A DNA stretch of 64,000 nt, from the NCBI GenBank assembly GCA_016748015.1, contig JAAOMT010000571.1:124001-188000 (forward strand), in the 5' to 3' direction. The notes under the pieces were generated by a model, which was not told the origin of the DNA, made no database searches, and saw nothing but the letters and a program-made list of their open reading frames with translations. Positions within the stretch are counted from its first letter, which is position 1; each line of letters begins with the position of its first letter. This document shows, in pieces, positions 49,704 through 63,723 of this stretch. This stretch comes from Geosiphon pyriformis uo1 (lineage: Eukaryota; Fungi; Glomeromycota). Made by a program: the position numbers and the translations under genes.

Positions 49704-51478
49704 TTGGGAAAGATGAGAAGCAGAAATCAAACTAATATTGTCCAATCTAGCTGAAAGGCTCATAACTATAACTAAAAGAATTCTCAATGTTTCTTCCATT
49801 CTCGAGACAACTGAAGAGTCAAAATTTGCCGCTCCCACAACAGTCTCACCACCAGTGGCCACACCCAAACTCTAACTCATCACTATATTCACCCCTTGAT
49901 TCTGTGATGAAAAAGTCATCAACAGCTAACATCCAGGACTAAGCTGGGAAACTGTTGGCCCAGATGCATTCAACCTCTTAGCCAGCTTATTCACGTGCTT
50001 TGCGAGGCTGGCAAGACTGCACTCAAGAGCAGCAAACCTATCATTCAACACTGAGGATACTTGCAGGGTAGGCTTTATTTCCAAAAAGAAGCCATTGTTC
50101 AACAGAACATTTCAAATAAGAAGAGGAAAGAAGAAGGACCCAACAACAATCTTGGCCCACAAGACACCACCAAAGGAAACAGAATGAGCAACAGGCACCA
50201 AACGCTTGGCATAAATGGCTGTCAGTCTGCTTTTATCTACATCTGAAAGAACCCGACATGGCAAGCCACCAGAAAATGGTTTCTCACCTGTTACACAGTC
50301 TAGAAAGGTATGACCCAGTTTCCCACACTTTGCACATTTAGCAGAACCAAGATAAAACCAATGAAGATAAGCACTTTTTAACATGGGTGTGGTTCTCATA
50401 ATAGCATCCAATAATTTCACTAACTCAAAACAAACAATAGCACATCTGGTCCAGACATATGTAACTGGATGGCGATCAATCACACATGTTTTCCCATCCA
50501 CAAAACCAATAAAGTTCCAGATGTTGTAAGTATTTGTTCTCATTGAAAAAGTATAGAGCAGCACCCTATAATGATCCCTTATATCCCATGTCATTTTGTT
50601 CAAATCTGATCTGGCAACATGCACCGCATTTTTCCCAATCAAGATGGACCACTTAGCTGCTCCTCAAATTCAATAATTGCTTTCTGTCACAGCCCCACCA
50701 ACTGCATTTTGATTGACTTAATAGTACCAAATTCAGCTAGTACAGTGTGCACAGCTTCAGTCAATGTTCCAACTGGAATTTCCTTCAACACCACAGCCCA
50801 ATCTGAGCAACCAGTTGATTTCTTAAGATCGGTGTTCACCAAGATTTTCACATCAGCAGCTAATTTGGTAGCTTTTATTAAACAAGATTCAGAAGTGAAT
50901 GTCACTTGGATGATCCCAGAAAATTTTGAGAGGATAGAGGCCCCCCCAAAACCATTGATTTTTGAAAATAATTTCCTGACCACAGCCAGCTTGTCCTGAG
51001 CAGATTTTCCAGAAATATTGACCAGATCAACATCTAAAGCAAAAGACTTCCTAGCAAACACATCAACTAATTTTTTGAGAGGAAAGAGAAGCACCACAGG
51101 TTCATCCAGAAGAATGTCATCATCATTATCGTTGCCCAGAAAGTTGATTCTGCTCAAAGGCTTGCCCAGAGCCTGCTTGGTAACCAACCTCGGACCCTTT
51201 GGTGTTTGGTTATTGTTTTTTCTTTCAAAAACATCTCCCTCTCCATAATTCACACTAGTTTTCTCAACCCAAAACTCCTCCTCCATATTTACACTGTCAG
51301 ATTCAGTGGTATTACCAGCTTCAGACCCCCAAGAACCACCAACTGGTTTACCAGGTAAAACCATATTATAAACAACACCGTTTTTTAGAACACCCCTTTT
51401 TCTTTTCTTTCTAGAGGCAACATCTTTGCTAACAGTATCCACACTAAAGCCCTTGACAGATTTCTTCATTGCAGCCAC
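49701..51478 (-). pseudogene. LINE L-b ORF1 (RRM-like segments + CCHC)
   Basis: KINGFGGAS..VVLKEIPVGT..EFGTIKSIKMQLVGL, GKTCVID, CAKCGKLGHTFLDC. Confidence 0.88.
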
Positions 51479-52126
51479 ACTGGGACCAACAATGGTTTCA
51501 TAGTTGAGCAGAAATGGTTTTGATTTATCGTACTGAATTGTAAAAAACTTTTTTCAAAAAAACTTTTGACTTTTTTTTAGGAATTTGGGATAAATGAGAG
51601 AAAGAAGTTTTTTTACTTAATAAAATAAGTTTTTAACAATTCTTAATTTATTTTTCTTAAAACAATTAATATATTAATATTTAATACAAATAGTTTTACA
51701 AATACAACAGTTTTTTTTTAACCAACAAAAAAACCTGAATATTTTTGTTAATAAAAACCAGTAAAAAAAAATTTAATATTTTATTATTCCTCATATTATT
51801 AATTAAAAATAAATGTGATAATTTTAACAAATTGTAAATTTAATATAATATTGTATTATTTTTATTTTTATTATTCTCTACTCTATTTAAATTTATCTAA
51901 AAAGTTTTTTTTATAATTTAATTATACAAATTATTAATATTGTTTATCTTATTGTCTATTTTATTTTTCTATAATTTATATAAATTATAATTTGTAATAT
52001 TTAAAACATTTAAAATTAAAAAACCAGCAAATAAATTAACTATAATAATAAAAATACTGTATTTTTTTATTTTTTTATTAGTATTTTTATAAATAAATAT
52101 AAGTAAAAATCAATGTTTTTTAATGC

Positions 52127-54400
52127 TTTTTATTATTATTATAATTTAACAAGTATAATTCAATTACTATTTAAAAATTAGGAACAAACTAAGTATTCTA
52201 GTATTAAATACAGTTTATGTACTTTTTACATGTAACCAGCTACTTAAACCAGTTTAGATTATACTATATTGATATTTTAGAAGAAAACTTATCCAAAAAA
52301 GATATCTTCTAAACAATTTCAAATAATATAGCACTATTATTAACTAATTCAACCAATTATTCAGTTATTTTAAAGACATTAGTCTTAACAGTAACAGATT
52401 TATGTTCTTAGAGTAACATCAAATTAGAAAACATATCATCATCAAAAAAAGATAAATCTACATAAGAACCAGATATATTAATATTATTATAGTCATACTC
52501 AGCTTTCAAAACAATTATTTTACATTTAAGCTTACTAACAGCTTTGTTAAAAAAACTCATATGTATTAAAACTTTATTAACTTTATACTCAAGAATACCA
52601 TTAGAAACCAAATTACTATTAACAAATTATTTAAACATTTTTACTATAGAACCAATAAGTTTAACAATAGAATTGACCAAAGCAAAAAGCTTGGCCAACT
52701 CCAATTTTAAAAAGATTAACTGAAAAGAAATCATAGAATTATTAGATATTATATTAGCAGAAAAAGCTGAACTAACCAAAGAACCAGAGACCAAAAAAAA
52801 TACAGAAGCAGCAGCTTTAATATATAATGTATTATTAACAACATGAAAGGTAAACATTTTGAGAATTCTAGAAGAGAAAAATAGAAACATCTTACAATCT
52901 AAAGCCAAATAATCTGAATCTTGACATTGAAAACAACACTGATTTTCAGAAGTTTTCTATTAAATACAGCACTTCTTTAGTATACTAATCTTAAATATTG
53001 CAGCATTCAAATCAATCTGAAAACCAAATATAATTAGAGCAAACCAAGAATAATGACCAGACTCAAAAGAATGAAAAATAAAACATATTCAACTATCAAC
53101 CTAAAAAATCATATCACTAATTTCAAAAGCTGTATAGCCAAAAAAAAAATTGATTAACTTGGCCTTAAACCTATTATAAAACAGAATAGTCTTATTTTAA
53201 TTCATTAAGGAGAGGATTCTAATACTATTCTTGCTTATTAAAACTGACTAATAATTCAAAGTAAATACAGCAAAGTCCAACTTTTCAAAATAAACAACCA
53301 TATATTGCCACTTCAGTATAACACAAGTGATATTACTAAACATATTAAGAGCTGTTTTAATATTAATAGCTAACATATCATACAATATAACAGCAGCAAA
53401 AAAGAAACCAAACTCAAAAACCACCAGAGACTTGGCAATTTTAAGAATGGCCAAATTAACAGAACTTGTAAGTTCTACCAAAAATACAGCTTTCAAAAAT
53501 ACTTAAAAAGCAAACTCCATATAAAAAAACTTTATATTATCTTTTGACATTGATTTTGCATTCAGAAAACCATGTACAAATTGAAAAACAGTCTTAATAT
53601 AAGCTAATTTAATCTTAAAAGTAATATCAAACACCAGAGTAAAGGCCATTCATCCAGCAAATTTTTGATAACTAGTAATAATTTTCTAAGCACTATTAAT
53701 AACAGCACCAAAAACCAAAGAAAAAAATGATTTAGTTTTTATTAGATTAGTTTAGTACTTAAGAACAAGTAACACTACTGAAAATAATTGTTTTGCTTCT
53801 AAAAATAGCAATAATCTGCCAAAAAAATATCATATTTAACAACACAATTAGTGGTTGATTTTGGTCTATTTTAGATGATGTGTTAGATAATACTATAAAG
53901 ATTTTATCTAAAATCTTATTGGAAACCATAAAAGAGTTTAGTATAACAATAGTAGAAATAAGTGACTACTCCTATTTTTCTAAACTTTTGGTCTTTTTGA
54001 ACATTTTATTTGAAGAAAAAGTACTAGTAGCACTTGATATAAAAGTTATAAAAGAAAAGACCAATTTGTTGACTGGTTTGATATTAAAAATTTTTAGGCT
54101 TTTTAAAGAGGTAGAGACAATACTGAAACTAACCCAAGTATGTCTTTTTAAAAAAACTTTGACTGATAAAAAACCAGCCAAAAATAAGGAAGTTATTTCA
54201 GTAATTACTAAAAACAGTTTTTTATAATTACTAGATAAAAGGAAGGCTTCTAAAACATTTTACTTAGTTGTTTTTACAACAAAGAGAGCTCTTTTAATTG
54301 AAATTTTATTAGATATCTTAGAAAAAATATTAGGTAGAGCTTTTTTATTCTTTGCTTTAGTTGTAGTTATAAAATTAAGGAGACAAAAAGTCTATTTTTT
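52127..54400 (-). mobile_element. ORF1-only non-autonomous LINE derivative, copy 2 (more decayed)
   Basis: Colinear with 42326-44615 from leader to tail (VFLVELTSSVNLAILKIAKSLVV; MVVYFEKLD; same 3' motif and terminus). Confidence 0.75.
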
Positions 54401-56031
54401 AATACTTAGATAAAATTTTATATTAGTTTTTAATATAATTTTTTGTTTAATAATTACAATAATAATATAAAACTTAAAATAAATAAAAACATATTATTAA
54501 ATATTAATAAGCTTTAATTTAATACCAAAAATTTTATTAAAAATATTTATAAAATAACAACAAAAAAACCATAAACCTAAAAATTACCAAAAATTTAACA
54601 ATTTTAAAAGTAAATAAAAAAAGTAATTCATTAAATTTAACTTATTTAATAGTATTTAAGAAAACTTAAGATGTAAATTTTATATAAAAAACCTAATATT
54701 GTTTATAAAAACTGATTTTACATTAATAAAACCATATAAAAATTAAAAAATAATTTTAATATAAACCAATTTAATTTTAAAAAAACCAAATACCAAATTA
54801 AAAATTATTTATCTAAAATTTTTTTAATAATTAAAAATTGTTTTTTAAGTATTATTAAAAACAATATTATTAAAAACCAAAAAAAGTAAAAATTTTTAAT
54901 TTTTAATTGGTTAACTTTATTTTTTAAAATTAAGTAATTTAATAAATTAATTAAATAAAATTACTTGTAAAAATATAATTTAAAATTAATAATAATTGAT
55001 TAAAATCAATATATTAAATAATACAATTAAAGATTAATTAAAACCAAAATTAACCAATATAATTTTATTGTTATTATTTAAAATAAATTTTTTATTTTAT
55101 TTACAATTATAATAAAACTGGAAACTATAATTAATATTAATACAAAATTAATAAAGAATTAAAAAAAACAGAAAAAACTAATGTTTTATTTTTTACAAAA
55201 GAAAATTATTATCAAAATGCCAAAAAATTTTTTTTAGCACTTTATTTAATATAATAAAGAGTTAAAAAAATTGTTTTTTGCTGTTTTGGCTTTTTTGGTC
55301 ATTTAAACAGCAGTAAAAAATAAAATAAAAGAAAAAATAACTTGATTACTAATTTTTTATCAAATATTTTAAGACTATTAAAAAGGACAAAAATTATATT
55401 AAAATTGTTTCAAATAAGTCTTTTTAAAAAAACTTTAAAAAAAAAAACTTTTAATCAAAGATAAAAACAGTGTTTTAAAACTAATAAAAAACTGGTTTAT
55501 AGTTATTTTATTTAAAAAAACCACTTTGTTCTAGTTATAATCATAAAAATATGAAAAAAAGAGTTTTTAAGCTTATTATTTATATTAACAATTTTATTTT
55601 TATGTAATTATTAAATTTATATACTTCATTATTATTATTAAAAATAAAAGTACAATTAACTTTATTTAATAATAATTTTTTAAGTAATTAAAACCCATGA
55701 AACAATTATTTCTTATGTATTATAATTAAGTAAAATAATATCTTTAATTGTAACTGTTTATTTATTTATAATAAACAATTTGTGATGGTTTGTGATAAAA
55801 ATCCCATTTGTTCAAATGAGAAAATGGCGCACGCGAATTTATTTTGCTAACTTTGCCTTTTTTACCTTTTTGAAACAATCATTTTTGTTAATTATTACTT
55901 ATTGGCAAATCATAGTCAATAAATCACGTGAATATTCGAAGGAGTTTCAGGTGACATCATTAAAGTTGCACCATTGATTGTGAAGTTAGCTCGGAACTTT
56001 TGAGCTTTGAAAATTACTTTGATTCTTGGGC

Positions 56032-59000
56032 ATGGAGACATTTTGGTTAAAAGAAACTTTGGTGCAAATCGACCACTTTGTGCCGCCCGAAGTTCCTTTT
56101 GTACACATAATACCTCCTCATAATACCGCCCCTTTGCCTAGCGAGCGAAAACCTGAAGCTGACCGAAAAAATACTACACAATCCGCCTTATACCAACTAA
56201 AACAAGTTGACGCGTATTTCATACTCTGGCGCGTTTTCGATAATGATAGATATTTAGAATTACGGCTTTGCTCCCTTCCGAGTACCGAAAGTAACCAGCT
56301 TTTGCTTGATCAAACGATAAAGGGAACAGTACAATTCTTTTTCCCAGCAAAAATTGTTCCAACTGTCTTTTTTTTTGAGAACGAAGGAATTCACGCTTTA
56401 CAATGCGTCGTTCTACTAGAAAATAAAGAATTACATAGGCTTTCACTGCCTTTAAGACACTTATTCCAAACTAAAATGGTACAATTCGCGCACGAATCTC
56501 ACTTAATTACCTCATTGCACCGAAAAGAACCCTTGTTGTTGCACTCGATGGACTATGATAGTTCTGTGGTTGGCTGTGACGATGGATCACTTTTATACAT
56601 TTATTACGACAGGGATACAGGTATGAGATCGCCTAAACCCACTATTACTATTCAAGTTGATCAAGCCTTTGCTTTTCTGGTCTCTCATCCTTTTAGCTTT
56701 CATCGTTTATATCATCAAGAGTCCTCAACGGATCTTTAACCTTGAACGACATAATTCCATTGTACTATAGTCGTTCCTCGATTTCGAGAAGATCAACTGA
56801 TGAACAAGATATTTGACCAACTATTTGAAAATTTCCAAATGGTCAAAGATATGCCTAAGAACTTATTGACCAAAATGCTCACATGGCCTGGAGCACCGAA
56901 TCTGACAGAAGAAACAAGAGCTTCGAATCTTGATTCATATGGGATTGAAATATCACGACCTGTGTCATGCGCATCTTACATAGACCACCAGTCCAATAAA
57001 TTTCTTGTATGGATTTGCCAGAATCGGCAAGTTAAAGCATGGTCCCTCCACAAAAATCGTGATCACTTATCAGATCTGTCGTTTTTGAATGAAGTCGAGG
57101 AACAAAATGAAAATGCTATATTCCCTTCCAATCCACGAAGTTTGATTAGAACAATAGGACCTGTTGATGATGAAAATTTGCTCGCATTCAACTTTTTAGT
57201 ATTTATGTCCATTCGAAAGAAGCATTACTTTGTTGTTTACCAAGTGACTTATCATAGTGCAGGCCATCTTAAGAATTTGCAAATTGTTAAACAACACATT
57301 GTTGATCAAGGAGAAATACTACCTCAGGAGCCATCTTTGTTCGTTGATATTATTGATCTTGTATTATTAAGGGGAAATGATCAGAGAGAGGGCTACCCGG
57401 ATGGTAGACGAGAGCAGAATTTCCAATTGTGGGCTGTATTTGAGCGCCCGACTAATCTTAGAAAACCGGCAATTTTATTCACCGATTTTTCCTTAAGCCT
57501 TATTCCGAGTTTTTCCAAAGAAGATGTAGTCGATTGTAAATTTTCAGACCAGTTGAATATCGTCTCCTGTCCCAGCCAACCTGTTAATCCTTCAGATATT
57601 GTATATGACTTTCCAAATATCACCGAAAAGGATATTGATGGCGCTTATTTAGCCTTCATCTTTTATCCTGGTCAATTTTCAAAGTCCACTATTATCCGAA
57701 GTCTTCATGCTTACAAAAGAAAATTCAACCAAAAATCTAGAGATGAGAACGGTCAGCAGCCATTCAAACTCTCTTTGACGTCCGATGTCGACCTCAAAGA
57801 ATGGGCCTCTGAGTTGATCAAAAATGATTTGACTATACAATCGGGTGATACCGAAGAATATCATGAAAGTATCTTTAGAAATTGGGAGACATTAAAGCAA
57901 CTTTGTGAACGATATGAGAATAATGCAAGGGAGCCACTGAGCTTATGTACTTTACCTTCCTTAAACACTGTGAGTGTAATAAATCGTGAATCTATTTCAA
58001 TAGTTCGCGGTTGTGAAGTGAGCGAAGTTCTGGAAGACAATTCAAAATATTTCAAGCTCGATCAAAGTTTTGAAATTTATTCGACAGAGGCTACGAAGGA
58101 AAAGTATCCGATTTTAGCTGAGGATGAACTTCGCAATGATATATTTAACCTTATCAAAGCCTCCCAACTTTTGGTCAATCAATTAAATGCTTCAGAGCTG
58201 GCTTTGATTGAAAATACAATTAGTGAAACCTTATCCCATGCTTCAAGTTCATCAGCTATTACTTTGAATGTGGCTATTTTTTATGAAAACTTCATGAGGA
58301 GGCATCTTTCTCCGGAAATTTTCGACCAAATTCGAACACTTGTACAATCATGCAATCACTGGCCAAGAGGAATAAGAAAGGTATTAAAGGCGGCATACTC
58401 GTCTTCTTGGAAAAAAGACATTAAAAGTGAGATTGAGAGTGAGGACAAAATTCATATATCTTTAGAACCAAGTATATTGGCCGATGCTATCATTGCATCC
58501 ACCACTTCAGAAATAATTCGAGCCCGATACGTCATAGCACGTGATTTATTCTTGCTTCTTATCATACTTGTTCATTTTGAAAAATCCGACTTTTCTAAAA
58601 CCTCTCTATCAATGTGCATGGCAACACTATACCCCTTAAATATTCTTCGATGGATATCTGCTCAATCCGTTCCCTTTGGAAAGTATGTTATTCCCATGGC
58701 AATGGACTCCGACAATGATGACATAATTGGAGCTCTCTCTAAGCTTAGTCTTGACACTATTAGGCTGGCAACAGGCTCCATGTCCTTTTTACGTTATAGT
58801 CTTTTACACAGCCTTTTGCACTATCGACATCGAATTCCTGTGGATCCGAAGTTGAACTCTCCGGATTTTCCCGTAATTGCTTCGAACCAATTTTTGAGAC
58901 AAATTGGATTTTTGAACGATTCCAGCCCGGGCACAACAACCCCAGTTTCAGTCATGACAAAATCTCCATTCTTAGAATTCGGAATTTATCTTGAAAGTTC

Positions 59001-61383
59001 AGGTCAGCTTTCATTACTCTATCAATATCTTCAGCTTTTAGTCGGCAATCCTGGGGTCTCCTTTCTTATGGGACGGCTTTATCTCAAATGCGGAGTTTAT
59101 GAAAAAGCGCAGGACTGGTTTGCAAAGGCCGCTGTTGGCTTTGGTAATTTTTTTAAATTTCATTTTTCCTGCTCACGAAATTTTAATAAAGTAGTGACCA
59201 ATTTCCAAATTTTAGTCGGAAACGTAACTTTGCCACCTTACACTGTTCGACCTTTGGTGCATCCGCAGCCTTGTAACTTAGTAGGCTATTGGCAATATCT
59301 CGCTCAGGAGTTTAAACTATACAATCGCCCTATGAATGTTGTACAATGTTGCCATCTCGCCCTAAGAGCATTTAATGAGGAAGAGGTAAGTATCGATTTA
59401 CTTTTTAGAGGGAAGGGTGGCGTTTTGGCTTACACGAACCTCAATCTTTTCTTTGTTTCCTTTTTTGGCAGCGAAAGTCCCCTGAAGGAAAAGAATTGAT
59501 GATAGATTTGTGGTTTATCATGTTCAAGAATGCATTGGCGGCTGATTTATATGATGAGGCTTTCCTGGCAATGATGGAAAACCCAGATAAAAAACGGTTA
59601 CTAAAACTCATATTGTTTATTGCCAAATGAGTAATTGCTCAATATTGTGCTTATATATTTTTCTTTATAGACAGAAATCCTGTCTCCGTGAATTCATTGA
59701 AGTGATGTGCAGAAATGATGAAGCTCAAAAACTCTGTCAGTTTTCTTATCACAATTTGGAAGAAGAGTTTGAGCGTATTCTTGATGCGAAAGCAGACGAT
59801 TCCCTTGTGATGGAGTCACCCAATTATTCCGCCATAGCTTACTCTTATTATATATTCAGCGGGAATTACGTCCAAGGTTTGACACGTCCAATTTTTTATG
59901 ACACTTTTGTGCAACATTGAAACCTCAGAACAATATTGTTTGTTAAATAAATTAGCTGCCAGAAATATGTATTATTTTGCTCAAAAGATTGAAGAAATTG
60001 AGGTTTCATCCGATGTATTCACCCAATGGGTATCGCAGCAAGCTCAAAGTTATTTGGCTGCCATCAATGCATTGGAACTGGTCGAAGAAAAGCACGCTTG
60101 GTTCGATTTTCCGCGCAAAGGGCAATCCAATGATAACAGAGTAAGTGAAACTTTTTATAATATCACCTGAATTTTAAGGTAACATTTTTCTTCGGAATAT
60201 TTTGTTCACAGAGAAGGAAAAGGCCAAGGTATAATCCTCCCTCTGAAACAGGTAGAGAATTTGTGTTCTTTGAGCGCCAATCTTCTTCCGTCCATTTTTC
60301 ACATGTTTTGCCTTTTACATAGATCAGTTACAACAAAGCAAGAAAGATATAGATATAATTGAACTTGGGGACATTAAAAAGGAGTATGCAATTGCTTTAG
60401 TTAAGCTAAAGCTTGGATCTCATCTCGGCTATACAGGTAATCAAAATATTTAACGTTTGAATTTAATAATCTACAATAACTCATTGTTTCCCTTTTATCA
60501 GAATCAAAATTGGAGCTCGAGGATGCTATTGGACTATGTGCTCAAACCGGCCACTTTGAGGAGGCCTTTTCACTTGCTTATGATTATGGATTGGATATGA
60601 GCTCCATTTTTGAAAGTTTGACCATCAAATGTGTTCGATTATCTACAGACATTTTCAGCTCTCACAATTTGTAAGCCGTTTTTAGAATAAATTCGTTTTG
60701 CCGATGTAACAAATCTATTTATCTTAATGATGAATTTCGTAAAATTATATGATTGGCCTCCTCAAATACCAGAACATTCAAATTTCTTCATTTGGGTGAA
60801 CGGGCAACTGCTTTGCAAGGCTCTGATTCTGAAAGGGCTTGGAAATTGTTACAGCTATATCTAGACGAGTATGAGACTCAAGAAAAGGACTCCGAATATC
60901 GAGCGATTGTTCTAAAAACAATTCTCGAAACAAATGATAATTACGTCATTCCTCGTTGGCTAATATCTTCTTTTGAGGTATTGTAACATATTTTTCTCTA
61001 ATAAAGATAATCATTAATTGAATTAATTTTTAAATAGGAAAAGAACCAAGATATTTTTTTGAAGATTCTACTGGCAAACGGTTGCATTTCAGAAGCAGCT
61101 CAATTTGCTTTAAATCTTCTTCAGAGAGTAAGTTCGGATGTCTTTTGTAGTTGGGAACCTTTCTTTCTAATCGCTTTGAACTTCGTTTAGGAACTCGAAA
61201 AGAAGACTTCACAACCATTTTCAAGATGGTTACCGTGGACTTTGATGCAACGGTTGTTAAGTGACTTGGAAGACACGGTTAATTTCCCATCAAAGGAACA
61301 GGAATTCCTAGAAGGACTTTTGATAACATTAAAATCCCAGATAGACTCTTATATAATGGAAGTGCAAGATTCTTTCGCTTTAG
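56032..61383 (+). CDS. NUP160: Nucleoporin Nup160/Nup120 family, multi-exon
   Basis: ATG 56032. GT-AG introns include 56621-56770, 59144-59215, 59386-59471 and 59597-59670, with further short introns downstream. The spliced C-terminal half reads LWFIMFKNAL..YDEAFLAMMENPDKKRQKSCLREFIEVMC..NYSAIAYSYYI..QAQSYLAAINALELV..IDIIELGDIKKEY, typical of Nup160. Stop TAG 61381-61383. Confidence 0.8.
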
Positions 61384-61645
61384 GGTAAAGAGATATCCTG
61401 GCTGATTCTGGGAATTTAACGATATCCTGAAATGATCACTGGTAATTGAACATTTTTAGTTCAAACATATAGATGATAGAACCTTCCGAACATCATTTGA
61501 ACAATGTTATGAAATGAACTGCTGTTTATTAGTGTTAAATCTCAAATTTTTGAGGGAAAAATTAAATTAAACCGAAATAATTATTCATATCGACACAGCC
61601 TATATCGTTATGGATTATTATAAGGTATGCCACCTTACCTAATTA

Positions 61646-62921
61646 TCAACTCTCTTTACTGGGAGTTTTTCGATTCACGCCTCGACCATAAGTCTTACGA
61701 TAAAATTCGATAAAGAGCAATAAATAACTACTCAACATTACGCACCCAAAGATGGCTGCATTTTCATCACCGGCGCAGGGTCCAAAATTTGGCATGAAAG
61801 GCCAATAGTCAGTGGCAAAATGGGTGTATGAGCATGAATAGACAACTATTAAATCAAGTACGAATTGTGTGATTTGCATCGTCGTGAGGTATTTTTTCCA
61901 CCAAATCTTTGCACCCCCAGCTGCTCGGAAATAATAGTAATACATGACAACATGAATTAACAAATTCAGACAAACCGGTACCCACGACTGAAAAAGATTC
62001 ATAAATGTTTAAAAAACTCAGAATTAAATTGATAAGAGAAAATTGTCGTTCGAATTGAACTGAGTATCACCTACCACTGAAGTACGCCCAACCAACTGTA
62101 CATAGCATAAAACCATTGTCATACTATGATGATAGACGTGTAAGAATTCTGGTGATGAAACAAAGGCGAGAGTTTTCCAAGTATGAAAATTGATCAACAC
62201 GAGGTTAGCTACTCATCATATTACACACTCTTTTGTTTGTTGTTTTTGTGAGGGATGGTAAAAAACGTCGGAATTCCGAAGAAAGGCAGGTAAGCGACGA
62301 TTTCATCCAATTTGCCAAAACCCCCGTATTTTTGCAATTTAACAACACAACAGTATGCGAAACATGTATACTTAGGGTATTCATTTAATTCAAGATATCT
62401 TAATCCCACAGTGAAATGGTAAGAACCAAACCAAAAATCTACCTACCAAGTGGTTTCTTCCGTAAGACAAGGAACGCAGTATCAGCCAGTTCCCAATACT
62501 TTACGAGGTAATTCAGATAAAAAAGCAATTCTAAACGTTGCGTCCAGGCCTCATGATCACACAGCGAGTAATAAAAACCGTGACGATAAACACTCGGAAA
62601 TAGTTGTTCGAAGAAGAGGAGCAATAAAGCTAAGGAGACTCCCGTCAACAGGAGATTATGGAATTGAAATAAAAATTTGAGTTTAAGGGGGGGGAAATTG
62701 GCCATTATGAGTTTCCCACTAAATATCATTGCCAAGTAGGTGGTGCACCCAAGCAAAACACTATTCCACGTCGATACCGGAGTGACGCCTTTCTCGAACA
62801 CAAAATCATTGGGATTTTTTCCAAGAACAAATTCACATCCCTGTACGAAATAGTCATTGAGGTAAATGCCGAAAGGACGTTCCGCCGATAAGGAAAAGGT
62901 AATATTCATTGCAGAGGCCAT
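61646..62921 (-). CDS. Fatty-acid elongase (GNS1/SUR4/ELO family), 3 exons: 62921-62447, 62148-62075, 61987-61646
   Basis: KYWELADTAFLVLRKK, FLHVYHH (HxxHH box), NLLIHVVMYYYYF, WKKYLTTMQITQF; GT-AG introns with consistent phase. Confidence 0.95.
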
Positions 62922-63723
62922 GTGGTGGAGGAAATGGGAAGATAGGGAGGGGGGAGAGTGAATGCTACCTACTTTACGATTTTCCAGAGTTTATGATGGA
63001 ATTTTTCAGGATCTTGACAATCCACCAATGAAGTTTGAACTTTCACGATGTGTTTAGAGATGGTCATGTGGTGATTAAAAGAAAAATTCTCACTGATCAA
63101 TTTGATAACACAAATACATTTTAAACTAATTAAGATCTAATTGATCTTGATAACGTTTCATTATCTATTTTATTATAATCAAAAATACTTTTTATAATTA
63201 ATAATCACATTTTTTAAAAATATTTTAATTATATTATTTTTTTTCAAATCATTAATTATACAAATTAGAATTTCAATTAATTAATTATATTATTTCATAA
63301 ATAATTAAAATAATATAATTTTTTATTAACTTTTTTGATTCATTTATAATTCGTTAAATTTGTTTAATTTTACTCATTTGTATATTTAAAAAAACATGAA
63401 ATCAAAATATGGTTGGATGATTTATCAATAAATTTTATTGAAGAGCAAATTTCTTGTACCTACTGAAATACTTTCTCTGAAGTACAATAGATCACTTTGA
63501 GCGCTCATAGAAAATATTAATTCCGAATTTTCCACATTTTTTTCTGACATTATAAATCGATGATAAAGCTCTTTTGCACTCTCCGAAACAAACAAACCTT
63601 TTCTAACAGCGCGTTTATTCATTCTTCTGCATTCAAAAAAATTGGTTATACTATCGATTTGATTAAAATACAATCTCAAATGTAATATTAAAGCAAGCTT
63701 ACTCATTTTGATCCGATTCCTCT

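Larger units (their letters stand above)
44897..51530 (-). mobile_element. LINE L-b, near full length (ORF1 + ORF2 with RNase H), same family as L-a
   Basis: Poly(A) at 44897-44906; 3' UTR shared with L-a. The 5' boundary is approximate. Confidence 0.92.

Noticed and set aside
56026-59499. Two separate genes (237 aa and 899 aa)
   Set aside because: A phase-compatible GT-AG intron (56621-56770) joins them into one Nup160-family gene.
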